The notes beneath the pieces are model-generated. The model saw nothing but the letters and a program-made list of their open reading frames with translations, searched no databases and was not told where the DNA came from. From contig CAZUBE010000006.1 of the NCBI GenBank assembly GCA_964618495.1, positions 2,727-66,726 on the forward strand: a stretch of DNA of 64,000 nt. The letters are read 5' to 3'. This stretch comes from an uncultured Brachymonas sp. (GTDB lineage: Bacteria > Pseudomonadota > Gammaproteobacteria > Burkholderiales > Burkholderiaceae_C). The translations under genes and the position numbers were made by a program. Positions 54,581-64,000 of the stretch are shown here, piece after piece (positions within the stretch are counted from its first letter, which is position 1; every line of letters starts with the position of its first letter).

Positions 54581-55273
54581 ATGGCAAACATTCTGGTAGT
54601 GGATGACGAACACGGTATTCGAGACCTCCTCTCCGAAATACTCAATGATGAAGGTCACTCGGTTGATTTGGCCGAAAATGCAGCACAGGCTCGGCAGGCA
54701 CGTCTGCAAAACAGCTACGATCTGGTACTGCTTGATATCTGGATGCCAGATACCGACGGTGTTACCCTGCTCAAAGAGTGGGCAACCAACGGTCTGCTTA
54801 CTATGCCCGTAGTCATGATGAGTGGACATGCCACCATTGAAACAGCTGTTGAAGCCACAAAAATCGGTGCCCTTTCCTTCCTTGAAAAACCCATTACGAT
54901 GAACAAGCTGCTCAAGGCTGTTGAGCTTGGGCTTGCACGCGATCAAGCGCAACGGCCCGCACAAACCAACAATAGCAGCACGTCAGTAACACCAACCACA
55001 TCCACGCCTGCAACACCTGCCACCACCTCAGAGCCTGCCCCAGTTGCTGGCGCTATAGCACCTACGCAACTGGCAGCCATCCAGAGTTTTGAACTTGACA
55101 AGCCTCTACGCGAAGCACGAGATACATTTGAACGCGCCTACTTCAATTTTCACCTGCAGCGCGAAAACGGCTCCATGACCCGTGTTGCGATAAAAACAGG
55201 GCTTGAACGTACCCACTTGTATCGAAAACTCAAACAGCTTGATATGCCTTTTGGCCGTGAAAGAAAAAGCTAG
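54581..55273 (+). CDS. ntrX: NtrX-like response regulator (receiver + Fis-type HTH, no AAA+ domain)
   Basis: ILVVDDE, LDIWMPD, MSGH, EKP and LREAR..FER...TGLERTHLYRKLK. Confidence 0.88.
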   Translation: MANILVVDDEHGIRDLLSEILNDEGHSVDLAENAAQARQARLQNSYDLVLLDIWMPDTDGVTLLKEWATNGLLTMPVVMMSGHATIETAVEATKIGALSFLEKPITMNKLLKAVELGLARDQAQRPAQTNNSSTSVTPTTSTPATPATTSEPAPVAGAIAPTQLAAIQSFELDKPLREARDTFERAYFNFHLQRENGSMTRVAIKTGLERTHLYRKLKQLDMPFGRERKS

Positions 55274-55308
55274 GCAGCCTTTTACCGAGCCGATTTGCAT
55301 ATCCCCCT

Positions 55309-57468
55309 GTGACAATCACTCCATTGATGCCTGCATCCGTTACTGCTGCCAGCACAGACACTAGCAGCATCGTTCTCAACGTACTGGTTGCTCTTCCCGC
55401 ACATATTGCATTGGCAGCAGCGCCATTGCACTATTTGTACGCAACACCTCTGTTGCCTGGTACTCTAGTACGCGTTCCGCTGGGAAAGCGTCAAGTTCTG
55501 GGCATCGTCTGGGATGCATCTACCCAAATAGACAGTACAGCACCAGACAGCAGCGCGCTCAAGCATGTTAGCGAAGCCTTCAATGATCTGCCTGCACTCA
55601 ATGCAGCATGGCGCCAACTTGTAACTTTTACAGCCCGCTATTACCAGCGCAGCATGGGCGAAGTGGCTTTAGCAGCCCTACCGCCACAACTACGGGAACT
55701 CGATAGCAAACAGCTTGCCAGAAGAATGAAAACTCTAGCAAAAAGCAACACCATCCTTCCCTGCCCTGACCCCACTACGCCAGCCAAACCCACGCTAACA
55801 GCACAGCAACAACTGGCTGTCAAAGCCACATTGCCTTCGTCACAAAGCCAAACTCCACCAGCACCTATTCTGCTTTTTGGTAGCACAGGCAGCGGGAAAA
55901 CCGAAGTGTATCTGCATGCTGTTGAGCAGCTATTGCAGCAAGACACTCATGCGCAAGCACTGGTCATGGTGCCTGAAATCAATCTCACACCACAACTCGA
56001 ACAACGATTTGCCAGCCGTTTTCCCGGCCTGTACCTTGCCACTCTGCACAGCGGCATGACGGCAGCACAGCGCCTGCAAAGCTGGCTGGCCGCACATACT
56101 GGCAAAGCACGCATTGTGTTGGGCACGCGCATGGCTATTCTGGCTTCCATCCCGCATCTTCGTCTTGTCATCGTCGACGAAGAGCATGACCCAAGCTACA
56201 AGCAACAAGAAGGCGCACGCTATTCGGCACGCGATTTAGCCATTTATCGTGGGCACCACAGCTGCGCGCAGGTACTTTTAGGCTCGGCCACTCCTTCACT
56301 GGAAAGCTGGTACAACAGCCGTCCTCCTGCTCCAGATGATGATGGTGGCCGATACATCCGGCTTGAAATGCCCCAACGCATTGGCAACGCACCACCAGCC
56401 GCTGTGCACCTGATAAACATGGCACAGCAACCGCGCAACACCGTACTAAGCCCGCACCTGCTCCAAGCAATCACCGCCCGCGCTGCCCGAGGCGAACAAA
56501 GCCTGCTACTCCTGAATCGCCGTGGCTACGCCCCCATCCTGCACTGCAAAGAATGCGGCTGGAAAAGCGAGTGCCCCCACTGTAGCGCCTACCGCGTCTT
56601 TCACAAAAGCGACCGCAGCCTGCGCTGCCACCATTGCGCCTACACCGAGCGCGTACCACGCACCTGTCCTGGCTGCGGCAATCAAGACCTGCTCACACTG
56701 GGCATGGGCACTGAGCAACTAGAAGAGGCTCTGGCACAACAACTACAACAAATACAGCGCCCTGATGGCCAGCCACTAAACATCATTCGCATTGATGCCG
56801 ACACCACCCGCCGCGCAGGCAGTTTGGTCGCGCAACTCACACGCGTACACAGCGGCGAAGTCGATGTTCTTGTTGGCACACAAATGGTCGCCAAAGGGCA
56901 TGACTTTCGACGAGTCACACTCGTGGCTGCGCTCAACCCTGACACGTCTCTCTTTAGCAGCGACTTCCGTGCCCCCGAACGGTTATTTTCGTTGTTGATG
57001 CAGGCAGGTGGCCGCGCTGGACGCGATGCAGCGATCAACACACGCAGCGAGTTGTGGATACAAACACACTTTCCCACCCACCCGCTATTTGCAGCACTGC
57101 AACAGCACGACTACCCGGCTTTTGCACAGCAGCAGCTTCAAGAGCGCCAGATGGCTGCCATGCCACCATTCAGCTTTCAGGCACTCATTCGTGCAGAAAG
57201 CCGCGAACAACAGACTGCACAAGACTTTCTCAACGCCACCAGCCTCGCTGCACAACACTTGCCAGATGCCACTTGCGTCACCTGTTACCCAGCTGTGCCC
57301 ATGTCGCCCCAACGCATAGCCAATCGCGAACGGGCCCAGATGCTGGTTGAGAGCAGCAGCCGATCTGCCTTGCAACGATTCCTGCATGGCTGCACATCCG
57401 TCTTGCATCAACAAAGCAAACGCAACATTCTGCGCTGGATGATTGATGTAGATCCACAGGAAATCTGA
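55309..57468 (+). CDS. priA: Primosomal protein N' (helicase); start could be 55327
   Basis: GSTGSGKTEVY, DEEHD, four CxxC motifs and GTQMVAKGHDF. Confidence 0.97.
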   Translation: MTITPLMPASVTAASTDTSSIVLNVLVALPAHIALAAAPLHYLYATPLLPGTLVRVPLGKRQVLGIVWDASTQIDSTAPDSSALKHVSEAFNDLPALNAAWRQLVTFTARYYQRSMGEVALAALPPQLRELDSKQLARRMKTLAKSNTILPCPDPTTPAKPTLTAQQQLAVKATLPSSQSQTPPAPILLFGSTGSGKTEVYLHAVEQLLQQDTHAQALVMVPEINLTPQLEQRFASRFPGLYLATLHSGMTAAQRLQSWLAAHTGKARIVLGTRMAILASIPHLRLVIVDEEHDPSYKQQEGARYSARDLAIYRGHHSCAQVLLGSATPSLESWYNSRPPAPDDDGGRYIRLEMPQRIGNAPPAAVHLINMAQQPRNTVLSPHLLQAITARAARGEQSLLLLNRRGYAPILHCKECGWKSECPHCSAYRVFHKSDRSLRCHHCAYTERVPRTCPGCGNQDLLTLGMGTEQLEEALAQQLQQIQRPDGQPLNIIRIDADTTRRAGSLVAQLTRVHSGEVDVLVGTQMVAKGHDFRRVTLVAALNPDTSLFSSDFRAPERLFSLLMQAGGRAGRDAAINTRSELWIQTHFPTHPLFAALQQHDYPAFAQQQLQERQMAAMPPFSFQALIRAESREQQTAQDFLNATSLAAQHLPDATCVTCYPAVPMSPQRIANRERAQMLVESSSRSALQRFLHGCTSVLHQQSKRNILRWMIDVDPQEI

Positions 57469-57583
57469 GAAGGCGCTGATTTATTCCAGTTTTGGATAAA
57501 AATGCCATAGCTCGTCATTCCCGCACAGGCGGGAATGACAACATGCTGGGTTTTTCTTGCATGAAGAATAAATCAGTGCCTCC
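57469..57583 (+). mobile_element. MITE/REP element, copy H (both TIRs, REP doublet collapsed to one palindrome)
   Basis: GAAGGCGCTGATTTATT begins right after the priA TGA. Single CGTCATTCCCGCACAGGCGGGAATGACA. Ends AATAAATCAGTGCCTCC followed by CTAA. Confidence 0.88.
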
Positions 57584-57618
57584 CTAAGCACCATCTCCAG
57601 CAACGCACTACCCTGCAG

Positions 57619-57655
57619 GCAACAAAAAAGCCCCTTAACGGGGCTTTTTTGTTGC
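57619..57655. terminator. Bidirectional intrinsic terminator (ompA/priA)
   Basis: Perfect 16-bp stem GCAACAAAAAAGCCCC-TTAAC-GGGGCTTTTTTGTTGC. Confidence 0.92.
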
Positions 57656-57672
57656 TAGAAGCAAATCAAAGA

Positions 57673-58248
57673 TTAGCGTGAGCCAACCACTTCAACTTCC
57701 ACGCGGCGGTTTTGTGCACGGCCAGCAGCAGTCTTGTTGGTTGCAACAGGCTTGGTTTCGCCTTTGCCTTCAACAACAATGCGATCAGCAGGAATACCTT
57801 GAGCAACCAGATATGCCTTAACAGCATTGGCACGACGCACAGACAGACGCTGGTTGTATGCGTCAGAACCGATAGAGTCGGTATGACCAGTAGTAATCAG
57901 GGTTTCAAGCTTGATAGCTTTGATCTTGGCAGCCAGATCGCTGAGTGTAGCTTTACCTTGTGGCTTCAGGGTAGCCTTATCAAAGTCGAAGAAAGCGTCA
58001 GCAGAGAAAGTTACACGGCTGCTAACTGGAGCAGGCTCTGGCTTAACGACTGGTTTTGACGCGACCAATGCACCATCACAACCAGCAGCAGCTGTTGCTG
58101 GTGTCCAGAAATTGTTACGCCAGCACAACTCGTTAGTGCCGTTTTTCCATTGCTGGTTATCAACGTTATTCCAGTTATCAGAAGCCACAGCGCTACCTGC
58201 TACGGCGACCGTTGCGAACAACACAGCCAGTTTATTCAGTTTCTTCAT
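57673..58248 (-). CDS. ompA: OmpA-family outer-membrane/peptidoglycan-associated protein
   Basis: Signal peptide, ELCWRNNFWTPA, FFDFDKA, GHTDSIG and NRRVEVEV; divergent from gyrA. Confidence 0.93.
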   Translation of the reverse strand: MKKLNKLAVLFATVAVAGSAVASDNWNNVDNQQWKNGTNELCWRNNFWTPATAAAGCDGALVASKPVVKPEPAPVSSRVTFSADAFFDFDKATLKPQGKATLSDLAAKIKAIKLETLITTGHTDSIGSDAYNQRLSVRRANAVKAYLVAQGIPADRIVVEGKGETKPVATNKTAAGRAQNRRVEVEVVGSR

Positions 58249-58527
58249 GTTTATCCTCTTGAAAAATACCACAGCAGGAGCTGCACGATTAATGCGAGTT
58301 TGCGATGCTTAAAGCTCAACCCGTCAGGCCAATTGTGCCACAAGCACACACCAACTGTAACCTGTATCCATGTTTTACAGCAAATCAAGGCGGGTCTAGC
58401 CGACTTCTTTGTTGCATCATTGCCACACAACCTGCATGACAATGCCATGGAATATACCGCATTTATCAGCGGATAGAATAGATGACTTAGAAATTTATCT
58501 GCTCTGTAACATTACTGCTAGCTCCGC

Positions 58528-61257
58528 ATGACCCAATTTGCCAAAGAAACACTGCCCATCAGCCTTGAAGAGGAGATGCGACGCAGCTACCTTGACTACG
58601 CCATGAGTGTAATCGTAGGACGCGCCCTGCCTGATGCCCGTGACGGTTTAAAACCCGTGCACCGTCGGGTGTTGTATGGCATGCACGACCAGAATAATGA
58701 CTGGAACCGCCCATACCGCAAGTCTGCCCGCATTGTGGGTGACGTAATGGGTAAATACCACCCGCACGGCGACTTGGCCATTTACGACACCATTGTGCGT
58801 ATGGCGCAACCGTTTTCTCTGCGCCATGTGCTGGTTGATGGGCAGGGCAACTTCGGCTCGGTTGATGGTGATAGCGCCGCTGCCATGCGTTACACCGAAA
58901 TCCGCCTGTCAAAAATCGCGCACGAAATGCTGACCGATATTGACAAAGATACGGTAGATTTTGGCCCCAACTACGACGGCTCAGAAAAAGAACCCCTGGT
59001 GCTGCCCAGCCGCTTGCCCAACTTGCTGATTAATGGCAGCTCTGGCATTGCCGTGGGTATGGCTACCAATATTCCGCCGCATAACTTGAATGAAGTGGTG
59101 GATGCTTGTTTGCACCTGTTGCGCCAGCCTGATGCCAGCATTGATGATTTGATGGAAATCATTCCTGCGCCAGATTTTCCAACCGCTGGCATTATTTATG
59201 GCGTGCATGGCGTGCGCGAAGGGTATCGCACAGGGCGCGGGCGCGTCATTATGCGTGCGGCGTGCCATTTTGAAGATATCGACCGCGGCCAGCGCCAAGC
59301 CATCATCGTTGATGAGCTGCCCTATCAGGTCAATAAAAAGACGCTGCAAGAGCGCATTGCCGAGCTGGTGCACGAGAAAAAGATTGAGGGCATCAGCCAC
59401 ATTCAGGATGAGTCTGACAAATCGGGCATGCGTTTGGTCATTGAGCTTAAGCGTGGCGAAGTGCCTGAAGTTGTGCTCAACAACCTGTACAAGCAAACGC
59501 AGTTGCAAGACACCTTTGGCATCAACATGGTGGCTCTGGTTGAAGGGCAGCCCAAGCTGTGCAACCTCAAGGATTTAATCAGCATTTTCCTGCAGCACCG
59601 CCGCGAAGTGATTACACGGCGCACAGTCTTTAATCTGCGCAAAGCGCGCGACCGCGGGCATGTGCTTGAAGGCTTGGCTGTGGCTTTGGCCAATATCGAT
59701 GAATTTATCCGCATCATCCGCGAATCGCCCACGCCCCCAGTGGCCAAAGCCGAGCTGATGAGCCGCATGTGGGACAGCCAGGTGGTGCGCGAAATGCTCA
59801 CCCGCGCCCGCGCCGATGGCAGCACCATCAATGCCGATGACTACCGCCCCGAGTCACTCGAGCGCCAGTTTGGTCTGGCGCAAGACGGCTTGTACCGCCT
59901 GAGCGACGTGCAAACGCAAGAGATTTTGCAGATGCGCTTGCAACGCCTTACAGGCTTGGAGCAAGACAAAATCGTTGCCGAATACAAAGAAGTGATGGCT
60001 GAAATTGACGACTTGCTGGATATTCTGGCCAAGCCCGAGCGTGTTTCTACCCTTATTTCTGATGAGCTTATTGCCATCAAAACCGAATTTGGCCAAACCA
60101 AAGCAGGCGCGCGCCGCAGCCAGATTGAGCACAACACGCAAGAGCTGGGCACGGAAGACTTGATTACGCCTACCGATATGGTCGTTACCTTGAGCCATAC
60201 GGGTTACATCAAAAGCCAGCCCCTGTCTGAATACCGCGCACAAAAACGCGGCGGGCGCGGCAAACTGGCTACTGCCACCAAAGAAGACGACTGGATTGAC
60301 CAGCTCTTTATTGCCAACACGCACGAATACATTTTGTGCTTCAGCAACCGTGGGCGGCTGTACTGGCTCAAGGTGTGGGAAGTGCCCACAGGCAGCCGTG
60401 GCTCGCGCGGTCGGCCCATCGTCAATATGTTCCCCTTGCAGGAAGACGAAAAAATCACCGTGGTGCTGCCCCTGCCCGGCGAGGCAAGCCGCTTCCCTGA
60501 AGACTGCTACACCTTTATGGCTACCGCCAAAGGCACAGTCAAGAAAACGGCACTGTCTGAATTTAGCAACCCGCGCAAAGCAGGCATCATTGCCGTTGGC
60601 TTGGACGATGGCGACTACCTGATTGGCGCAGCACTTACCGATGGCTCGCACGACGTTATGCTCTTTAGCGATGGCGGCAAAGCCGTGCGCTTCGATGAAA
60701 ACGACGTGCGCCCTATGGGACGCAACGCCCGCGGCGTGCGCGGCATGACGCTCGAAGAAGGGCAAAACGTGATTGCCATGCTGGTATCTGGCGGCAGGCA
60801 AGCGGGTGAAAAATCCAGCGCCCCCACCACGCGCAACAGCGTGCTCACTGCCACCGAAAACGGCTTTGGCAAACGCACCCTGATTGACGAATACACACGC
60901 CACGGCCGTGGCACCAAAGGCATGATTGCCATTCAGCAAAGCGAGCGCAACGGCAAAGTGGTTGCCGCCACCTTGGTGCATGACGATGATGAAATCATGC
61001 TGATTACCAACACGGGCGTGCTGGTGCGCACCCGCGCCATCGAAATCCGCGAAATGGGGCGTGCTACCCAAGGCGTAACGCTGATTGCACTGGATAAAGG
61101 CGCACAATTGATAGGCTTGCAACGCATTGTTGAAAACGATGCTTCTGACTACCTTGCGGGTAGCGAAAGCAACGCAGGCAATGAAGATGGCGAAAACGCT
61201 TCTGCTGCAGAGCCAATCGATAATGCAGGCAGCGCAGACGATGGCAACGCTACCTGA
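58528..61257 (+). CDS. gyrA: DNA gyrase subunit A
   Basis: [23 protein letters not shown], GyrA box QKRGGRG and acidic tail. Confidence 0.99.
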   Translation: MTQFAKETLPISLEEEMRRSYLDYAMSVIVGRALPDARDGLKPVHRRVLYGMHDQNNDWNRPYRKSARIVGDVMGKYHPHGDLAIYDTIVRMAQPFSLRHVLVDGQGNFGSVDGDSAAAMRYTEIRLSKIAHEMLTDIDKDTVDFGPNYDGSEKEPLVLPSRLPNLLINGSSGIAVGMATNIPPHNLNEVVDACLHLLRQPDASIDDLMEIIPAPDFPTAGIIYGVHGVREGYRTGRGRVIMRAACHFEDIDRGQRQAIIVDELPYQVNKKTLQERIAELVHEKKIEGISHIQDESDKSGMRLVIELKRGEVPEVVLNNLYKQTQLQDTFGINMVALVEGQPKLCNLKDLISIFLQHRREVITRRTVFNLRKARDRGHVLEGLAVALANIDEFIRIIRESPTPPVAKAELMSRMWDSQVVREMLTRARADGSTINADDYRPESLERQFGLAQDGLYRLSDVQTQEILQMRLQRLTGLEQDKIVAEYKEVMAEIDDLLDILAKPERVSTLISDELIAIKTEFGQTKAGARRSQIEHNTQELGTEDLITPTDMVVTLSHTGYIKSQPLSEYRAQKRGGRGKLATATKEDDWIDQLFIANTHEYILCFSNRGRLYWLKVWEVPTGSRGSRGRPIVNMFPLQEDEKITVVLPLPGEASRFPEDCYTFMATAKGTVKKTALSEFSNPRKAGIIAVGLDDGDYLIGAALTDGSHDVMLFSDGGKAVRFDENDVRPMGRNARGVRGMTLEEGQNVIAMLVSGGRQAGEKSSAPTTRNSVLTATENGFGKRTLIDEYTRHGRGTKGMIAIQQSERNGKVVAATLVHDDDEIMLITNTGVLVRTRAIEIREMGRATQGVTLIALDKGAQLIGLQRIVENDASDYLAGSESNAGNEDGENASAAEPIDNAGSADDGNAT

Positions 61258-61327
61258 TAGCTCGGAGCAATAAAACTGCATCTTGCCAAATATTTTTAAA
61301 CTGAATAATTTTTAGCGACCACAATTC

Positions 61328-61894
61328 ATGAACCATTTTCCCTTTATCGGCCGCGCCTTTGCGCCTGCGGCGCTAGCCTGTTCTTTGCTCTGTCTGGCTC
61401 CTGTAGCATTAGCTCAAGATGCTGCAAAAAAAGAACTCGCCACACGTATTGTCAATCTGCAAAAAGCGCAAGACATGGACGCACTGATTGCACAGCTGGC
61501 AGGCTCTGCCAACAAAGTCGTAGTGAGCAATTGGCTACCCAAACTCGACAAACTGCCCGCTGCAAAGCAAAAGACCGCCGCCGACCAGTTGGACAGCGAA
61601 CTGAAAAAGTTCAATGACGATAATATGCGCACCATCAAGGCCAAGAATGACAAAATCAGCTTGGAAGTATTGGTGCCCGCTTATGCTGAAAAATTCAGTG
61701 CCGAGGAGTTAAAGCAACTGGTGTCTTTTCTCGAGTCGCCCGTTATTAAAAAATATTACGCTGCCAACCCGCAACTTGCCAACCAACTGGCACAAAAACT
61801 GGTTGAAGCTACCCGCGCCGATGTAGAAGCACGCATCAAGACTTTTGATCACAAAGCTGCACAAATCGTTGGTGCACCAGCGCAGCGCAACTAA
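61328..61894 (+). CDS. DUF2059-like exported protein
   Basis: Signal peptide and YAEKFSAEELKQLVSFLESPVIKKY pattern; usual position after gyrA. Confidence 0.75.
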   Translation: MNHFPFIGRAFAPAALACSLLCLAPVALAQDAAKKELATRIVNLQKAQDMDALIAQLAGSANKVVVSNWLPKLDKLPAAKQKTAADQLDSELKKFNDDNMRTIKAKNDKISLEVLVPAYAEKFSAEELKQLVSFLESPVIKKYYAANPQLANQLAQKLVEATRADVEARIKTFDHKAAQIVGAPAQRN

Positions 61895-61925
61895 CGCATT
61901 CTGGTTTCAATGAGGCATTCATACC

Positions 61926-63011
61926 ATGACACGTACCATTGCCGAACTGCGCGTAGCCATTGATGCGCTTGATAAGCAACTGCTGCAAACACTCAACCAG
62001 CGCGCAGAACTGGCCAATGAAGTAGGTGACATCAAGCGCAAAGAAGGCTCGCAAATTTTCCGCCCCGAGCGCGAGGCGCAAGTCATCCAGAAAATGCAGA
62101 CTGCCAATGGCGGCCCACTCAAAGACATCAACATTGCCAACATCTGGCGCGAGATTATGTCGGCCTGCCGTGCGCTGGAAGCGCCTCAGCGCGTTGCCTA
62201 TCTGGGGCCCGCAGGCACTTTTAGCGAGCAAGCCGCTGAAGCGTTTTTTGGAGTCAGTATCGACCATGTGCCTTGCAGCAGCTTTGACGAAGTATTCCAG
62301 GCTGTAGCATCTGGCCGCGCCGACTTTGGCGTAGTGCCGATGGAAAACTCTACTGAAGGTGTCGTAGCACGCTCGCTTGATTTGTTTCTCAGTTCGCCGC
62401 TGCACATCATTGGTGAAACCAGCCTGCTGGTGCGCCACAACTTGCTGCGCCTGCAAGCCGATTTGGATGGCATCGAAGCCGTTTACGCACACCCGCAAGC
62501 ACTTGCCCAATGTCAAAACTGGCTTACTACTCACCTGCCCCAAGCAGAGCGCCATGCCGCATCCAGCAATGCCGAAGGCGCACGTCTGGCCGCTACCAAT
62601 CCGCGCTGGGCAGCCATTGCCAGCTTGCGCGCGGGCAGCCAATTTGGGCTGCATGTGGCAGCTCCTGCCATTCAGGATGATGCCTACAACCGCACCCGCT
62701 TTGCCGTAATGTGCCTGCCGCAAACGCTGGCCATGCCAGAAGCATCGGGTAACGACTGCACCAGTCTGGTCGTATCAGTCGTTAATCGCCCAGGCGCTGT
62801 GTACGAACTCATTGAGCCCATCAAGCGCCACGGCGTGTCTATGACGCGGTTTGAATCGCGCCCCGCCCGCAGTGGCCAGCCGTGGGAATATTTTTTCTAC
62901 ATCGACCTGCAAGGCCACATCAGCCAGCCGCAAATACAGGCCACACTCACCGACCTGCGCCCCATCTGCGCCTTCTACAAAGTGCTGGGCTCTTACGCCA
63001 TCAACGGATAA
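61926..63011 (+). CDS. pheA: Chorismate mutase / prephenate dehydratase
   Basis: LRVAIDALD, RPEREAQV, YLGPAGTFS, ENSTEG, NRTRF and ESRP. Confidence 0.97.
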   Translation: MTRTIAELRVAIDALDKQLLQTLNQRAELANEVGDIKRKEGSQIFRPEREAQVIQKMQTANGGPLKDINIANIWREIMSACRALEAPQRVAYLGPAGTFSEQAAEAFFGVSIDHVPCSSFDEVFQAVASGRADFGVVPMENSTEGVVARSLDLFLSSPLHIIGETSLLVRHNLLRLQADLDGIEAVYAHPQALAQCQNWLTTHLPQAERHAASSNAEGARLAATNPRWAAIASLRAGSQFGLHVAAPAIQDDAYNRTRFAVMCLPQTLAMPEASGNDCTSLVVSVVNRPGAVYELIEPIKRHGVSMTRFESRPARSGQPWEYFFYIDLQGHISQPQIQATLTDLRPICAFYKVLGSYAING

Positions 63012-63033
63012 CAAGCAAAAAGGCAAACACACC

Positions 63034-63918
63034 ATGTTCAACCGTTTGGGGCTAATTGGCTGCGGCCTGATGGGCGGCTCACTCTCTTTGGCATTGCAGC
63101 GGGCGCAACTCGTCAAGCAAGTCGTGGGCTACAGCACCTCGCAACACACGCTGGAAGTGGCTTACCGCAACGGCGTAATCCATGCAGCCGCACCCAGCGC
63201 AGCCGAAACCGCCGCCAGTGCCGACCTTATCGTCATCGCCGTACCCGTAGCCGCCACAGGCAAAGTGCTGCAATCCATAGGCATGTACCTGCGCGATGGC
63301 GCAGTGGTAATGGACGTGGGCTCCACCAAGCAAAACGTGGTTGATGCTGCCACCTCGGCACTGGGCAGCCGCTTGGGGCAATTTGTGCCAGCCCACCCCA
63401 TTGCAGGCAAAGAAGTAGCAGGCATAGAACACGCCGAAGCCGACCTGTACCGCGGCAAGCAAGTCATCCTCACCCCCACACGCCGCACCCAAATCGGTGC
63501 CTTGCAGCAAATCACCGCCATGTGGGAAGCACTTGATTGCCGCGTGCAAACCATGACCCCACAAGCACACGATGCCGCCTTTGCCGCTATCAGCCACCTG
63601 CCGCACATGGCAGCCTTTGCGCTCATGCACAGCATCTTGCAGCAAAACGACGCCGCCGACATACTCGCGCTGGCAGGCTCGGGCTTTCGCGACTTCAGCC
63701 GCATAGCCGCCAGCGACCCCGCCATATGGCGCGACATATTTTTGTGCAACCGCGACGAAATGCTGCGCCAAACCGATATGCTCGTCCTTGCCCTGCAAAC
63801 CTTTGCCACCTGCATAGCCAACAACGACGCACAACGCCTGCAAAACCTGATAGCCCAAGCCAGCCAAGCCCGAAGCCAGTGGCACATGACCACCAAAGAC
63901 AACAACTCGCTGCCCTGA
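63034..63918 (+). CDS. tyrA: Prephenate/arogenate dehydrogenase
   Basis: GLIGCGLMGGS, DVGSTK, HPIAGKE, SHLPH and GFRDFSRIA. Confidence 0.95.
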   Translation: MFNRLGLIGCGLMGGSLSLALQRAQLVKQVVGYSTSQHTLEVAYRNGVIHAAAPSAAETAASADLIVIAVPVAATGKVLQSIGMYLRDGAVVMDVGSTKQNVVDAATSALGSRLGQFVPAHPIAGKEVAGIEHAEADLYRGKQVILTPTRRTQIGALQQITAMWEALDCRVQTMTPQAHDAAFAAISHLPHMAAFALMHSILQQNDAADILALAGSGFRDFSRIAASDPAIWRDIFLCNRDEMLRQTDMLVLALQTFATCIANNDAQRLQNLIAQASQARSQWHMTTKDNNSLP

Positions 63919-64000
63919 ATGAACTTGCCCGCCACGTCCAAAGCCAGAGTGTGTTGCTTGTTTGCTTTTGATTTTTTGTAGGATGGGTGACTTGCTCATA

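Noticed and set aside
54581-55273. NtrX lacking the AAA+ domain as a truncation
   Set aside because: The short receiver-HTH form is the normal betaproteobacterial architecture.
59854-61281. 475-aa minus-strand ORF
   Set aside because: Antisense shadow of gyrA.
63079-63999. 306-aa minus-strand ORF at the window end
   Set aside because: Almost entirely antisense to tyrA, with no recognisable family.

Overview
A 64-kb chromosomal window from a betaproteobacterium. Gene content and order (dcw cluster, rsmB-DUF4390-ntrY-ntrX, CNP1/rppH/proS, gyrA/ompA) look Comamonadaceae/Burkholderiales-like, at moderate GC. Most of the window is core housekeeping DNA: rplU-rpmA-obgE, proS, rppH, a complete mraZ-to-lpxC dcw cluster, hslUV, priA, gyrA and pheA-tyrA. 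Four accessory features stand out. (1) The right end of a tRNA-integrated prophage or island at 1-1873, with a hicAB module between direct repeats. (2) An AT-rich cassette hot spot at 9584-11665, holding a frameshifted wzz-like gene between 89-bp direct repeats and a membrane-anchored Mrr-like nuclease gene between repeat elements. (3) A compact Calvin-cycle module with form II RuBisCO (prk, fbp, rpe, cbbY, cbbR, cbbM) and no adjacent activase. (4) Eight copies or remnants of a ~160-bp non-autonomous element: IS-like terminal inverted repeats around a doublet of CGTC/dRS3-type palindromes, always 3' of genes. A gene-free IHF/DnaA-box cluster lies at about 5200-5790. There is no complete tRNA, rRNA, CRISPR array or transposase in the window. 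All calls come from reading the sequence and from recalled family motifs; no database searches were run.
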